Shown here piece after piece: positions 30,345-39,698 of a stretch of DNA of 57,121 nt. Each line of letters begins with the position of its first letter. Positions within the stretch are counted from its first letter, which is position 1. The DNA comes from a bacterium (lineage in GTDB: Bacteria; J088; JAWLBW01), in assembly GCA_041690355.1 (NCBI GenBank), contig JAWLHK010000007.1:62001-119121 (forward strand), read 5' to 3'. Under the pieces are notes generated by a model. That model saw nothing but the letters and a program-made list of their open reading frames with translations. It was not told where the DNA came from and did no database searches. The translations under genes and the position numbers were made by a program.

Positions 30345-31108
30345 CGGCAGAGTCTGCCATGCTCGTTCCGCTGCTGCTTGTCGCGGCTTTCGTGTATGGC
30401 TCTGCCGGTTTCGGCGGCGGGACGGCCTATGTGGCCCTGTTTGCGCTGTTCGCGCTTCCGCAGGCGGTGTCGGCGCCGCTGGCCCTCGTCCTCAACATCC
30501 TCGTCGCGGGCGTGACCGCCTTCCGCACGCGACACGCGCTGCGCGCCGGACTGCTGGTTCCGCTCCTGGCGGGTTCGGTTCCCGGCGCCGCGCTGGGGGG
30601 GATGTCGGCGCTCGAGCCGACGCTTTTTCACGTCGGCACCGCGCTGGCCTTCGGGGTCGCGGCGATACTGCTCGTACATGATTCCCCCCATGCCGGGCCC
30701 TTGCCGGCTCGCCTGCTTACCCGACGCACCGGCTGGCTTCTCGGCCCCCCGATCGGCAGCATGATCGGAGCTCTGGCGGGACTGATCGGCATCGGCGGCG
30801 GTATATTCCTGGGACCGCTCCTTCATTTCAGCGGGCGCGTGCCGGGTCCGGCGATCCCGGCTCTGACGAGTTCATTCATCGTCGCGAATTCTGCTTGCGG
30901 CCTGCTGGCGCGCGGGGCAACGCTCGGTCTTGCACCTGCGACCCCATGGCTGCCCGTCATTCCCCTCGTCGCCGCAGCCGGGTTTCTGGGAAGCCGTGCA
31001 GGTAACCTGAATGTTCCCGTTCAGACGCTGCGCAAGCTGACCGCGGCGATTCTCACGGCCGCCGGGGTAAGACTGTTGTGGATGGCCGGCAGCGCATGGG
31101 CGGCATGA
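30341..31108 (+). CDS. TSUP/TauE-SafE family sulfur-compound transporter
   Basis: Hydrophobic, repeated GFGGG / GIGGG motifs. Confidence 0.82.
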   Translation: MTAESAMLVPLLLVAAFVYGSAGFGGGTAYVALFALFALPQAVSAPLALVLNILVAGVTAFRTRHALRAGLLVPLLAGSVPGAALGGMSALEPTLFHVGTALAFGVAAILLVHDSPHAGPLPARLLTRRTGWLLGPPIGSMIGALAGLIGIGGGIFLGPLLHFSGRVPGPAIPALTSSFIVANSACGLLARGATLGLAPATPWLPVIPLVAAAGFLGSRAGNLNVPVQTLRKLTAAILTAAGVRLLWMAGSAWAA

Positions 31109-31176
31109 TAAGTAGATGCGGCGCAATGCAAAGGCACATGCCCCCTGCGCCAGCTGGCGACTCGGCAGGCAAAAAC

Positions 31177-31193
31177 TGCCCACGCCTTGTGCA
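31177..31193. promoter_or_regulatory. Candidate NtrC-type enhancer site
   Basis: 17-bp TGCCC-N7-GTGCA resembling TGCAC-N7-GTGCA, upstream of a sigma-54 promoter. Confidence 0.4.
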
Positions 31194-31248
31194 GCGGCGT
31201 CCCCGGCACCGGCAGAACAGCGTTGCCCGCCCCGGCGGTCATCATGAA

Positions 31249-31264
31249 TGGCACTCGAATTGCA
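31249..31264 (+). promoter_or_regulatory. Sigma-54 promoter of nasTS
   Basis: TGGCAC-TCGAA-TTGCA canonical -24/-12. Confidence 0.82.
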
Positions 31265-31277
31265 GAGGGTGTTCCCG

Positions 31278-31874
31278 ATGAATCGACGGCCTCTCCAGAT
31301 TCTCGTGGTCGACGATGATGCAGCCCGTGCGCACCAGCTCTGCCAGGCGCTGCAGAAAGCGGGCTACCACGTACTCAGACCTGCCGTGTCGACGCAGGAT
31401 CTGGTCGCCCTGGTGGATCAACACGAGCCCGACGTGGTGCTGCTCGACGTGGAGTCTCCGGGCCGCGACACGCTGGAGCAGATCGCCCACATCACGCGGT
31501 ATCGGCCCCGCGCCATCGCCCTGTTCTCGCCCGACGGAAGTCCGGATCGCATCCGCGCAGCCTTTGAAGCGGGCGTCTCTGTCTACAGCGCCGAAGGGCT
31601 GCCCCCCTCCCGGGTCCATGCGGCCGTCGAAATTGCCGTGGCCCAGTTCGAACGATGGCAGTGCCTCCGTGAAGAGCTGGCGGCGGCAAAACAGAGCCTG
31701 GCCGATCGGACATCGCTTGACAACGCCAAACGTTTTCTCATGGAACACCGGCAGTGTGGCGAGCCCGAAGCTCACCAGCTGCTGCAGAAGCTCGCCATGG
31801 ATCGCCGCAAGAAGCTGATCGAGGCTGCGCACGACGTGCTTGCGATGGCCGATATCTTAAAGGGTAAGTCATGA
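31278..31874 (+). CDS. nasT: ANTAR-domain antiterminator with receiver-like N-terminus
   Basis: ILVVDDD, DVESPGRDTLEQ, C-terminal LADR...AKRFLM...EAHQLLQKLAMDRR ANTAR. Coupled to nasS. Confidence 0.9.
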   Translation: MNRRPLQILVVDDDAARAHQLCQALQKAGYHVLRPAVSTQDLVALVDQHEPDVVLLDVESPGRDTLEQIAHITRYRPRAIALFSPDGSPDRIRAAFEAGVSVYSAEGLPPSRVHAAVEIAVAQFERWQCLREELAAAKQSLADRTSLDNAKRFLMEHRQCGEPEAHQLLQKLAMDRRKKLIEAAHDVLAMADILKGKS

Positions 31875-33214
31875 AGCGTACTCTTCTCAGCCGGTTGCGC
31901 AGAATACGGGTCCCGCTTCGCGGGCGCCGACTCGAGACCCGCGAGCTCCGCCTCGGGTTCGTGGCCCTGACCGACAGCGCCGTTCTGTTCGCTGCTCGTG
32001 AACAGGGCTATTTTGCGCGCCACGGCCTGCGGGTCCACCTTTCGCGGGAAGCCTCATGGGCGAACGTGCGTGACAAGGTATCGGCCGGCATGCTCGACGG
32101 CGCGCAGATGCTCGCGCCCATGCCGCTGGCGGCCACCCTCGGCATTGGAGCCGCGGCGCGACCGATGATCACCGCCCTGACACTCGATCTGAACGGCAAC
32201 GGCATCACCGTGCGCCGCAATCTGTACGAAGAAATGCGACGCTTCGGCGCCGGCGACGGGTACGCACCGGCGGCTGCGGGACCCGCACTGGCGGCCCTTG
32301 TCGAGGCTCGCGCACGGCAAGGCATGCCGCCCCTGACGTTCGCGATGGTGGCGCCCTTTTCGACCCATGCCTACCAGCTCCGCTACTGGCTGGCCATGGC
32401 AGGGCTGGATCCGGACCGGGACTTGCGGATCATCGTCCTGCCGCCGAGCGCCATGGTCGAAAACCTGGAGGCCGGCCTCATCGACGGCTTCTGCGTCGGT
32501 GAACCCTGGAACACCCTTGCGGTCCGGCGAGGCGTGGGGCGGCTGCTTCTCTCGTCTTCAGACCTGTGGAGGAACGCACAGGAAAAAGTCCTCGGCGTGA
32601 CGCGCGAATGGGCCCTGACGCACCCACGCACCCATCAGGCTTTGCTCCGGGCGCTGCTCGAAGCAAGCGCATGGTCGGATGACCCCCGAAATCGCCCCGC
32701 GCTTGCCCGTATGGTAGCCGATCGGTCGTGCGTGGACCTGCCGTACGACGTCGCGGAAGCCAGCCTGACGAACCGGTTGTACTTCGATGCCGAGGCGGCC
32801 CCGATCTCCCATCCTGATCTGCACGCGTTCTACCGGTATGCGGCTGCTCAACCGTGGATTTCACATGGCATGTGGTACCTGACGCAGATCCTGCGTTGGG
32901 GCCAGCTCGACCGGCCGGTCGATCTGCGCGCGGCCGTCGAGGAGGTCTACCGTCCCGACCTGTACCGGGAGGCCGCCCGAGCGCTCGGCCTCTCTATCCC
33001 CGACAGGAATGAGAAAGTAGAAGGCATCCACGAGGCTCCGTATACGGTAGCGGGGAGCCGGGGGCCGGTTATCCTGGGGGCGGATCGATTTCTGGACGGC
33101 CGGATCTTCGATCCCGCCGACCCGGTCGGCTACCTCGAGCGGCTGCCAGGCAACCGGTTACGGGTTGATTTCGCAGCGCTCCGTGCTGCGAACGGTACGA
33201 TAGCGACGTTGTGA
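31871..33214 (+). CDS. nasS: NrtA/CmpA-like cytoplasmic nitrate sensor
   Basis: LGFVALTDSA, SWANVRD, LRYWLA, GFCVGEPWN, EKVLG, VYRPDLY. No clear signal peptide. Confidence 0.85.
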   Translation: MKRTLLSRLRRIRVPLRGRRLETRELRLGFVALTDSAVLFAAREQGYFARHGLRVHLSREASWANVRDKVSAGMLDGAQMLAPMPLAATLGIGAAARPMITALTLDLNGNGITVRRNLYEEMRRFGAGDGYAPAAAGPALAALVEARARQGMPPLTFAMVAPFSTHAYQLRYWLAMAGLDPDRDLRIIVLPPSAMVENLEAGLIDGFCVGEPWNTLAVRRGVGRLLLSSSDLWRNAQEKVLGVTREWALTHPRTHQALLRALLEASAWSDDPRNRPALARMVADRSCVDLPYDVAEASLTNRLYFDAEAAPISHPDLHAFYRYAAAQPWISHGMWYLTQILRWGQLDRPVDLRAAVEEVYRPDLYREAARALGLSIPDRNEKVEGIHEAPYTVAGSRGPVILGADRFLDGRIFDPADPVGYLERLPGNRLRVDFAALRAANGTIATL

Positions 33215-33265
33215 CGAAACATGGGCCCGAGCCGGGAGCCTGCCGACCGGCCCCCCCCGACACCC

Positions 33266-33595
33266 TCACACTCTGATCCAGATGCCGTCTCCCTTCACCC
33301 GGACCGGATAAAGCGTAACGGCTTCGACGTCACCGGCGGAACAGGCGCCTGTCTCCAGCGAAAAGGTACGCTTGTGAAAGGGGCATGCCACGTAGGGGCT
33401 GCCATCGCGCTCTCCGAGAAGCCCCCGCGACAAGGCGTCTTCCTTCCAGTGGGGGCACCGGTTCTGACTGGCGTACCAGCGCCCGAGCCGCGCAAAATGA
33501 AAGACCGCAATCTGGCGTCCCGCCACATAGACGCAGGCGCCGCCGTCGCGCGGCACGTCTTCAACCCCGCAGACGCGAATCCATGTTTCAGACAT
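33266..33595 (-). CDS. nirD: Nitrite reductase small subunit (Rieske-type)
   Basis: QIAVF, NRCPH, LSRGL, VACPFHK. Confidence 0.93.
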   Translation of the reverse strand: MSETWIRVCGVEDVPRDGGACVYVAGRQIAVFHFARLGRWYASQNRCPHWKEDALSRGLLGERDGSPYVACPFHKRTFSLETGACSAGDVEAVTLYPVRVKGDGIWIRV

Positions 33596-36146
33596 CGGCC
33601 ACCTCCTTTTTCAGCACGGGCGCCGGCTTCCCCCGTCTCCCGGATTCGACCTGCCCTCCGCCCGAAGCCGGCCGGATCTGACCTCGCTCGCTCACGAAAC
33701 GGATGCCCGCATCAGCCTCGGGGGTGTTGACGAAGGCCCGAAACCGACGGCGCTTCTCCGGATCCCGGACGACCTGCGTCCACTCGCATTCATAGGCGCC
33801 GACCAGGTCGGCCATCTCTGCCTCGAGCTTGTCACCCAGACCCAATGCGTCTTCAACGATGACACGCTTCAGGTAATCCAGACCGCCGTCCAGTTGTTCA
33901 AGCCACGTTGATGTGCGCATCAGCGGATCGGCGGTGCGGATGTAAAACATGAGAAAGCGATCGATGTAGCGGATGCACGTCTCGTCGTCGAGGCCCGCCG
34001 CGAGAAGTTCCGCATGACGGGGGCGAGCGCCCCCGTTGCCGCCGACATACAGGTTCCACCCGTCTTCGGTGGCGATGATGCCGAAGTCCTTACCGCGCGC
34101 TTCGGCGCATTCCCGGATGCAACCCGAAACCGCAGACTTCAGCTTGTGCGGACTGCGTAGGCCCTTATACCGATGCTCAATGCGGATGGCGAGCGCCGTT
34201 GAATCGAGCACCCCGAACCGGCACCACGTCGAGCCGACACAGCTTTTGACCGTCCGCATGCCTTTTGCGTAGGCGTGTCCGCTTTCGAAACCCACTTCGA
34301 TGAGGCGCTCCCAGATCTCCGGAAGCCTTTCTACCGGTGCGCCGAACATGTCGATGCGCTGCCCGCCGGTGACCTTGCAGTAGAGGCCGAACTCTTCGGC
34401 GATTTCACCGAGTACGATGAGCTGACGAGGTGTAATTTCACCGCCCGGGATGCGCGGCACGACACTGTAGGTTCCGCCGCGCTGGATGTTGGCGAGAAAG
34501 CGATCGTTCGTATCCTGAATCGTCGGTTGCCGGGCCGCCGTCTCGCCGTAGATGGACGCAAGAAGCGATGCGACGAGCGGCTGACAGCGTTCACATCCAC
34601 CGCCCTGGCCCGCTCCGGTGAGCACCTCGTCGAACGTGGCGTAGCGGCGAACGCGGACAATGTCGAAGAGCTCCTGCCGCGAGAGGGGAAAGTGCACGCA
34701 GATCTGCTTCGTGGTCTCCATCCCCAGGCGCGCACACTCCTTCGCGATCAACTGCTCAACCATGGGCTTGCAGCCGCCGCAGCCGGTGCCGGCCTGCGTC
34801 GCCCTGCATACGGCCGCGAGGTCGGCGTGACCGTTACGCACCGCCGCGGCGACATCGTCTGACGTGACGTTGTTGCAGGTGCACAGCAGTTCGGCCGCGC
34901 CGCCGCCCGGCGCCGGCTCTGTGCCCTCCATGACCAGCGAGATCGGCTTCTCCGGCAGCGGTGTCCCCGCCCGGTAGGTCTGAACCAGGCGGCCGTAGTC
35001 GCGCGTGCTGCCGATGAGAATGGCGCCGATGAGCCGATTGGTTTGCCGGTCCACGGTCATCTTCTTGTAGACCCCTGCGATATCGTCCTGGATGACGATG
35101 CTCGTCGTCTTTGCCTCATCCGCCCCGGGCGGGAGCACAGAATCGCCGACGGTGGCGACCTCAACGCCCATCAGTTTCAGGCGCGTCGAGAGATCGGCGC
35201 CGCGAAAGCTTTTCTCCTCTCCCAACAGGTTGCGCACTGCCGTTTCGGCCATCTGATAGCAAGGGGCTACGAGACCGTAGACGTTGTTGTCGTGAATGGC
35301 GCATTCGCCGATAGCGTACACCGCCGGATCGCTGGTGCGCATGGTATCGTCGACGACGATACCGCCGCGTTCGTGCACGGCGAGCCCGCAGGCCCGGGCC
35401 AGATCGTCCCTGGGCCGGATGCCCGCCGAAATGACCAGCAAGTCGACGGCAAGCGGATCTCCTTCTCTGAACCGCAGCGTGAGGCCTGCCTCTTTATCTT
35501 CAATGGCCGCAGTGGCTACGGAGGTGTGGACGCGTACGCCCATCCTTTCGATCTCCCGCTTCAGCAGTCCGCCGCCGGTGGGGTCGAGCTGGCGGGCCAT
35601 CAGGTGTGGATTGGTTTCGAGGACGTGGGTGTGCAGACCGCGATCGTGCAGGGCGCGCGCCGCTTCGAGACCGAGCAGTCCGCCCCCCATCACGGCTGCC
35701 GTTGCCGATTCAAGGCTGCGGGCGAGAATGGCGTCCAGGTCCTCCAGGGTTCGGTAGACGAACACCCGCGGGTCGTCGACGCCCGGGATGGGCGGAACGA
35801 ATGGGCGCGATCCGGTGGCCAGAACGAGCGCGTCGTAGGCCACTCGCTTTCCTCCGGCTGATTCGACGATCCGGCCGTCGCGTTCGACGCGAACCACAGG
35901 ATCACCGGTGTAGAGGCGGATCCCCTGCTCCCGATACCACTGGGCCGGGGCCAGGCTGAGGGCGTCTGCATCGTGGCCGGTGAAGTACTCGGTCAGGTGA
36001 ACCCGGTCGTACGCCGGCCGAGGCTCTTCGCCGAACACGGTGATTTCGAACCGGTCGCCGCCCCGGCTTTCGGTCATCAGTTCGCAGAACTTGTAACCGA
36101 CCATGCCGTTTCCGATGATGACAAGTCGCGTCTTTCTGTTTTTCAT
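33588..36146 (-). CDS. nirB: NADH-dependent siroheme nitrite reductase large subunit
   Basis: IIGNGMVG, GGGLLGLEAA, two BFD-like Cys clusters, LANIQRGGTYSVVPR, KSCVGSTWCRFG, SGCIRECAE. Confidence 0.96.
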   Translation of the reverse strand: MKNRKTRLVIIGNGMVGYKFCELMTESRGGDRFEITVFGEEPRPAYDRVHLTEYFTGHDADALSLAPAQWYREQGIRLYTGDPVVRVERDGRIVESAGGKRVAYDALVLATGSRPFVPPIPGVDDPRVFVYRTLEDLDAILARSLESATAAVMGGGLLGLEAARALHDRGLHTHVLETNPHLMARQLDPTGGGLLKREIERMGVRVHTSVATAAIEDKEAGLTLRFREGDPLAVDLLVISAGIRPRDDLARACGLAVHERGGIVVDDTMRTSDPAVYAIGECAIHDNNVYGLVAPCYQMAETAVRNLLGEEKSFRGADLSTRLKLMGVEVATVGDSVLPPGADEAKTTSIVIQDDIAGVYKKMTVDRQTNRLIGAILIGSTRDYGRLVQTYRAGTPLPEKPISLVMEGTEPAPGGGAAELLCTCNNVTSDDVAAAVRNGHADLAAVCRATQAGTGCGGCKPMVEQLIAKECARLGMETTKQICVHFPLSRQELFDIVRVRRYATFDEVLTGAGQGGGCERCQPLVASLLASIYGETAARQPTIQDTNDRFLANIQRGGTYSVVPRIPGGEITPRQLIVLGEIAEEFGLYCKVTGGQRIDMFGAPVERLPEIWERLIEVGFESGHAYAKGMRTVKSCVGSTWCRFGVLDSTALAIRIEHRYKGLRSPHKLKSAVSGCIRECAEARGKDFGIIATEDGWNLYVGGNGGARPRHAELLAAGLDDETCIRYIDRFLMFYIRTADPLMRTSTWLEQLDGGLDYLKRVIVEDALGLGDKLEAEMADLVGAYECEWTQVVRDPEKRRRFRAFVNTPEADAGIRFVSERGQIRPASGGGQVESGRRGKPAPVLKKEVADV

Positions 36147-36162
36147 GGCATGCCCTCCAGTC

Positions 36163-37509
36163 TCAAATCCGTCGCAGTGCCGCGCCGGCCGCGGTGATCT
36201 CCCCTGATTCGGCCGGCGTCCTCATCGTAGCCTCGGCGGTCTGAAAGCGTATCGTCAGAGCAACGCCGGCCGTGGCGCCCACGGCCATCCCCAGGTACAG
36301 AAAGGCATCGCCGACGGTCAAGGCCTCACTGCGAAAGAGAAAGCCCGCCAGAACAGCCCCCGCGTTGCCGCCCGCACCGACGACACCGGCGACCATGCCC
36401 AGTGCGCGCCGGTTGACGAAGGGCACCACCCCGAAGGTCGCCCCCTCTGCCATCTGCACGAAAAGGCTGAACACGACGAGCATGGCCACCGCGGGCGGCA
36501 GCAAGGTCATGCGCGAGAAGATCATGAGCGCCACCGCTTCTGCGGCCAGGACAAGGGCAAGCATTTTGACGCGACCGTTCAAACCGGTGGCCATTGCGGC
36601 GCGATCGGAGACGACGCCCCCCAGGGTGCGCGCAAAGATGTTCATCAGGCCGAAGAGCCCGGCAATGAGTCCCGCGGTGGTCACGTCGAGATTGAACTCG
36701 TCATGAAAGTACAGGGCTGCCACATTGTTCACCGTGAGTTCGACCCCGAAGCAGGCGGCGTATACGATGAACAGCGCCCAGACCCGGTAGTCGCCGAGCA
36801 CCCGGCGCATATCCTGCTTCGTGGTCTTCGGCCGTTTTGGCCGATGGTCCCCTTCGCCGTCCAGGTCCGCGAAATTACCTTCGGGCGTGTCCTGCGTGAA
36901 CCGGGCATAGACAAGGCCGGTCAGAAAGAGGACCACTCCGGGCACGACCATGGCCAGGCGCCATCCGAGCGTCTCTTCAACGCCCAGCGAGACCAGAACA
37001 GTCAGGACGAGCGGCATGACCATCTGGGTGACGCCGCCACCGAGATTACCCCAACCGGCGGTCGTGGCATTGGCCGTCCCGACGCAGTTGGGCGCGAACA
37101 TGAGCGTCGTGTGACACTGGGTGATGACGAACGAGGCTCCGATGGCCCCGATAGCGAGGCGAAACAACAGCAGCGCCTCGTAGCTGTCGGCGAAGCCGAC
37201 GCCCATGACCGGCAGCGATCCCAGGGTCAGCAGCCATGCGTAGACGCGACGAGGCCCATACCGGTCGCAGAGCGGGCCAATGAACAGGCGGACGAAGATA
37301 GTCGCCGCCACCGAGGCGATGATCGTGTTGCCTATCTGCGTGCGGGTCAGGCCGAGGTCGTCGCGGACGATTGGCATCAGCGGCGCAATGCCGAACCAGC
37401 TGAAAAAGGACAGAAAAAACGCCATCCACGTGAGGTGAAAGGTCCGCATATGGGGCGCTTCGAACGAAAACAGCCTGATTCGGGTGGCCTGATGTGACTG
37501 GGGTTCCAT
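36163..37509 (-). CDS. narK: NarK/NRT2-family MFS nitrate/nitrite transporter
   Basis: FHLTWMAFF, GTANATTAGWGNLGGG nitrate signature, ARTLGG, GAGGNAG. AGGAG RBS. Confidence 0.92.
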   Translation of the reverse strand: MEPQSHQATRIRLFSFEAPHMRTFHLTWMAFFLSFFSWFGIAPLMPIVRDDLGLTRTQIGNTIIASVAATIFVRLFIGPLCDRYGPRRVYAWLLTLGSLPVMGVGFADSYEALLLFRLAIGAIGASFVITQCHTTLMFAPNCVGTANATTAGWGNLGGGVTQMVMPLVLTVLVSLGVEETLGWRLAMVVPGVVLFLTGLVYARFTQDTPEGNFADLDGEGDHRPKRPKTTKQDMRRVLGDYRVWALFIVYAACFGVELTVNNVAALYFHDEFNLDVTTAGLIAGLFGLMNIFARTLGGVVSDRAAMATGLNGRVKMLALVLAAEAVALMIFSRMTLLPPAVAMLVVFSLFVQMAEGATFGVVPFVNRRALGMVAGVVGAGGNAGAVLAGFLFRSEALTVGDAFLYLGMAVGATAGVALTIRFQTAEATMRTPAESGEITAAGAALRRI

Positions 37510-37525
37510 TGCAGCACTCCTCCTG

Positions 37526-37580
37526 ACAAACGAAACGGCGCCGATGCACACGTTTCCATGGCAACGACGCCGTTGTCGTC
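37526..37580 (-). promoter_or_regulatory. ANTAR hairpin and overlapping terminator in the narK-nirBD leader
   Basis: Minus strand GACGAC-AACGGC-GTCGTT hexaloop, alternative stem AACGGCGTCG...CGGCGCCGTT then TCGTTTGT. Confidence 0.75.
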
Positions 37581-37647
37581 TAGGTGAGCCCTGCCGCAGC
37601 TGCGGGACCCTCGTGGTCGCGCGGGCCGAGCCGATGCCCACCTGCGT

Positions 37648-37663
37648 TGCAAGGAGAATGCCA
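37648..37663 (-). promoter_or_regulatory. Sigma-54 promoter of narK-nirBD
   Basis: Minus strand TGGCAT-TCTCC-TTGCA. Confidence 0.82.
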
Positions 37664-37953
37664 GACACCCGCTCTGCAGGGCTGTATTCCGTAAGTGAAC
37701 GGAAAGGGGCCCTGCCTTTCCGGGAGGCTGCCCAGGCTTGAGGCAGATCGAGCCGGCGTGCCGAAACGATGGTCACCTTTGCGTAGCAAAATCAGACGCT
37801 GAGGAGCGTGGGTGAATTCGGGCGTGGCAGCAGGCGCGGGGCCGGGATGCTCAACCTGCCCAAGGGAGCCGGTCACCTGATTCCCGGTCACTCACAACAC
37901 CGCAGAGATTCACACATCGAGGATGGCGGGGTTGGTCGGCTCGGAACTCATCC

Positions 37954-38185
37954 CATCACGCTCAGGCTCGCAGCCGAGCACACCGATGCGCCGGCCGAAG
38001 GTCTGCAGGCGGTGACCAGCGTGGCGGCGCCCATCGACCTGGCCCTCTGCTCGCGCGCGCTCGAACAGTGGCGGAACCGGATCTACCAGTTCTACTTCTT
38101 GCGCGGCCTCATGGCCGAAGCCCACGGCCTCGCGCGCGCCCTGGGGGAGGCGCCCGTCGGCTTGCCCCGGGAGATGACGGTCTGG
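37954..38185 (+). pseudogene. Internal fragment of the yheT-like hydrolase gene (direct repeat of 22284-22515)
   Basis: 232 bp, 21 mismatches by manual alignment, no indels. Lacks both gene ends. Confidence 0.92.
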
Positions 38186-38258
38186 TTCGCCTTTCCCTCC
38201 ACTGGCCGATACCTTAGAATAAGCATGGCTACGTCCCGGCGCGCATTTCTGCATTCCC

Positions 38259-39383
38259 ATGGAACCAACTCCCGTCATGTCTGAAACTCTCAACACCGTC
38301 GCAGGCCTTTCGGTCGGCGGCGATGCGTTTCTCCTCCTCGTCTACGTCTTTCTGGCCCTGCTGTTCTCCTCTCTCTGCTCGGTCGCAGAAGCTTCCCTGT
38401 TGAGCATCACGCCCTCCTACATCGCGGGGCTGAAAGAAAGCAACCCCAGAAAGGCCGCGGTGCTCAAACGGCTCAAGGAAGAGAAGATCGATCAGTCGCT
38501 TGCGGCCATCCTCACGGTCAACACCATCGCCCACACCGTCGGCGCCATCGGAGCGGGCTCGAAAGCGACGGCCGTGTTCGGCGACGCCTGGTTCGGGCTG
38601 TTCTCCGGGATCATGACGCTCCTGATTCTGTTCGCCTCCGAGATCGTGCCCAAGACCCTCGGCGCGGTGTACTGGCGCCAGCTCGCCGGCATGACGGCCG
38701 CCTACGTGAACATCCTCGTCAAAAGCATGTATCCGCTCATCGTGGTCTCGGAAAAACTTACCCAGTGGATCTCGGGGGGGAAGAAAATGCACGTGTTTTC
38801 CCGCGATGAGTTTGTCGCCATGGCGGGTATCGGGCAGGAGCTCGGGCAGCTCGATGACCGCGAATCCAAGATCATCCACAACCTGTTCCTGTTCAAATCC
38901 CTGAACGCAGCCTCGATCATGACGCCGCGGGTCGTGCTTTCAGCGCTGCGGCAGGACATGACCGTCGACGAGGCCGTGGGCGCGCCGGACAACATGCCGT
39001 TTTCGCGGCTCCCCGTCTACGACACGAACGTTGATCACATCACCGGTTTCGTGCTTCGCGAAGATCTCCTCGTGGCCAAGAACCAGGGGCGCGGCCAGGC
39101 GAAGCTCTCTGAATTCCGGCGCGAAATCGTCGCCGTCCTCTCTGTGACGCCGCTGTCGCGCCTGATGGATACCCTCCTTGAAGAGCGGCAGCACATCGCC
39201 CTCGTCGTGGGTGAGTACGGCGAGACCAAAGGGCTGGTCACGCTCGAAGACGTCGTCGAAACGCTCCTTGGCATCGAGATTCTCGATGAAGGGGACAAGG
39301 TCGAAGACATGCAGGAACTCGCGCGCCAGCTATGGGCAAAACGTGCGAAGCGGTTCGGGATTCAGACGGAAAACGAATCCTGA
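38259..39383 (+). CDS. CNNM/DUF21-CBS domain protein (CorB/TlyC-like)
   Basis: SVAEASLLS, ILTVNTIAH, SEIVPKTLG, IMTPR, FSRLPVY, GLVTLEDVVE. Confidence 0.9.
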   Translation: MEPTPVMSETLNTVAGLSVGGDAFLLLVYVFLALLFSSLCSVAEASLLSITPSYIAGLKESNPRKAAVLKRLKEEKIDQSLAAILTVNTIAHTVGAIGAGSKATAVFGDAWFGLFSGIMTLLILFASEIVPKTLGAVYWRQLAGMTAAYVNILVKSMYPLIVVSEKLTQWISGGKKMHVFSRDEFVAMAGIGQELGQLDDRESKIIHNLFLFKSLNAASIMTPRVVLSALRQDMTVDEAVGAPDNMPFSRLPVYDTNVDHITGFVLREDLLVAKNQGRGQAKLSEFRREIVAVLSVTPLSRLMDTLLEERQHIALVVGEYGETKGLVTLEDVVETLLGIEILDEGDKVEDMQELARQLWAKRAKRFGIQTENES

Positions 39384-39431
39384 GGCTGGAGCCGATTGAC
39401 AATCTGCAATTGACGATTGACGATTTTGCCT

Positions 39432-39545
39432 CCCGCCCTGAGCTGACGGAGCCGACCAGCGGAGGCTCGACAGCGTGAGGGCGTCCTTTGTTCCGTTCGC
39501 CCCGAGCTGACGGCGCGGAACAGAGTGAAGCGCGACAGCGAGGGG
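39432..39545 (+). repeat. Intergenic repeat family 1, tandem units A and B
   Basis: Two units sharing GAGCTGACGG...GACAGCG. Unit A recurs at 45932-45986, unit B at 9468 and 54440. Confidence 0.8.
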
Positions 39546-39698
39546 CCGTCCGTTACCCCAGGGGCCTTCTGGATTGACCAGGCCCCCCTCAGCAGCCCCC
39601 GCGGTCATTGGAAGCGGTCATTTGCTACACGCCCGACGTTTGGACAGCGCTTTACATGGATGGTTTCCGCTCGGTATAGTAATTAATCTCCTCACCCC

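Noticed and set aside
37808-38284. 158-aa ORF as an intact gene
   Set aside because: Its only protein-like part is the duplicated yheT fragment, which lacks the catalytic Ser motif and the C-terminal Asp/His.
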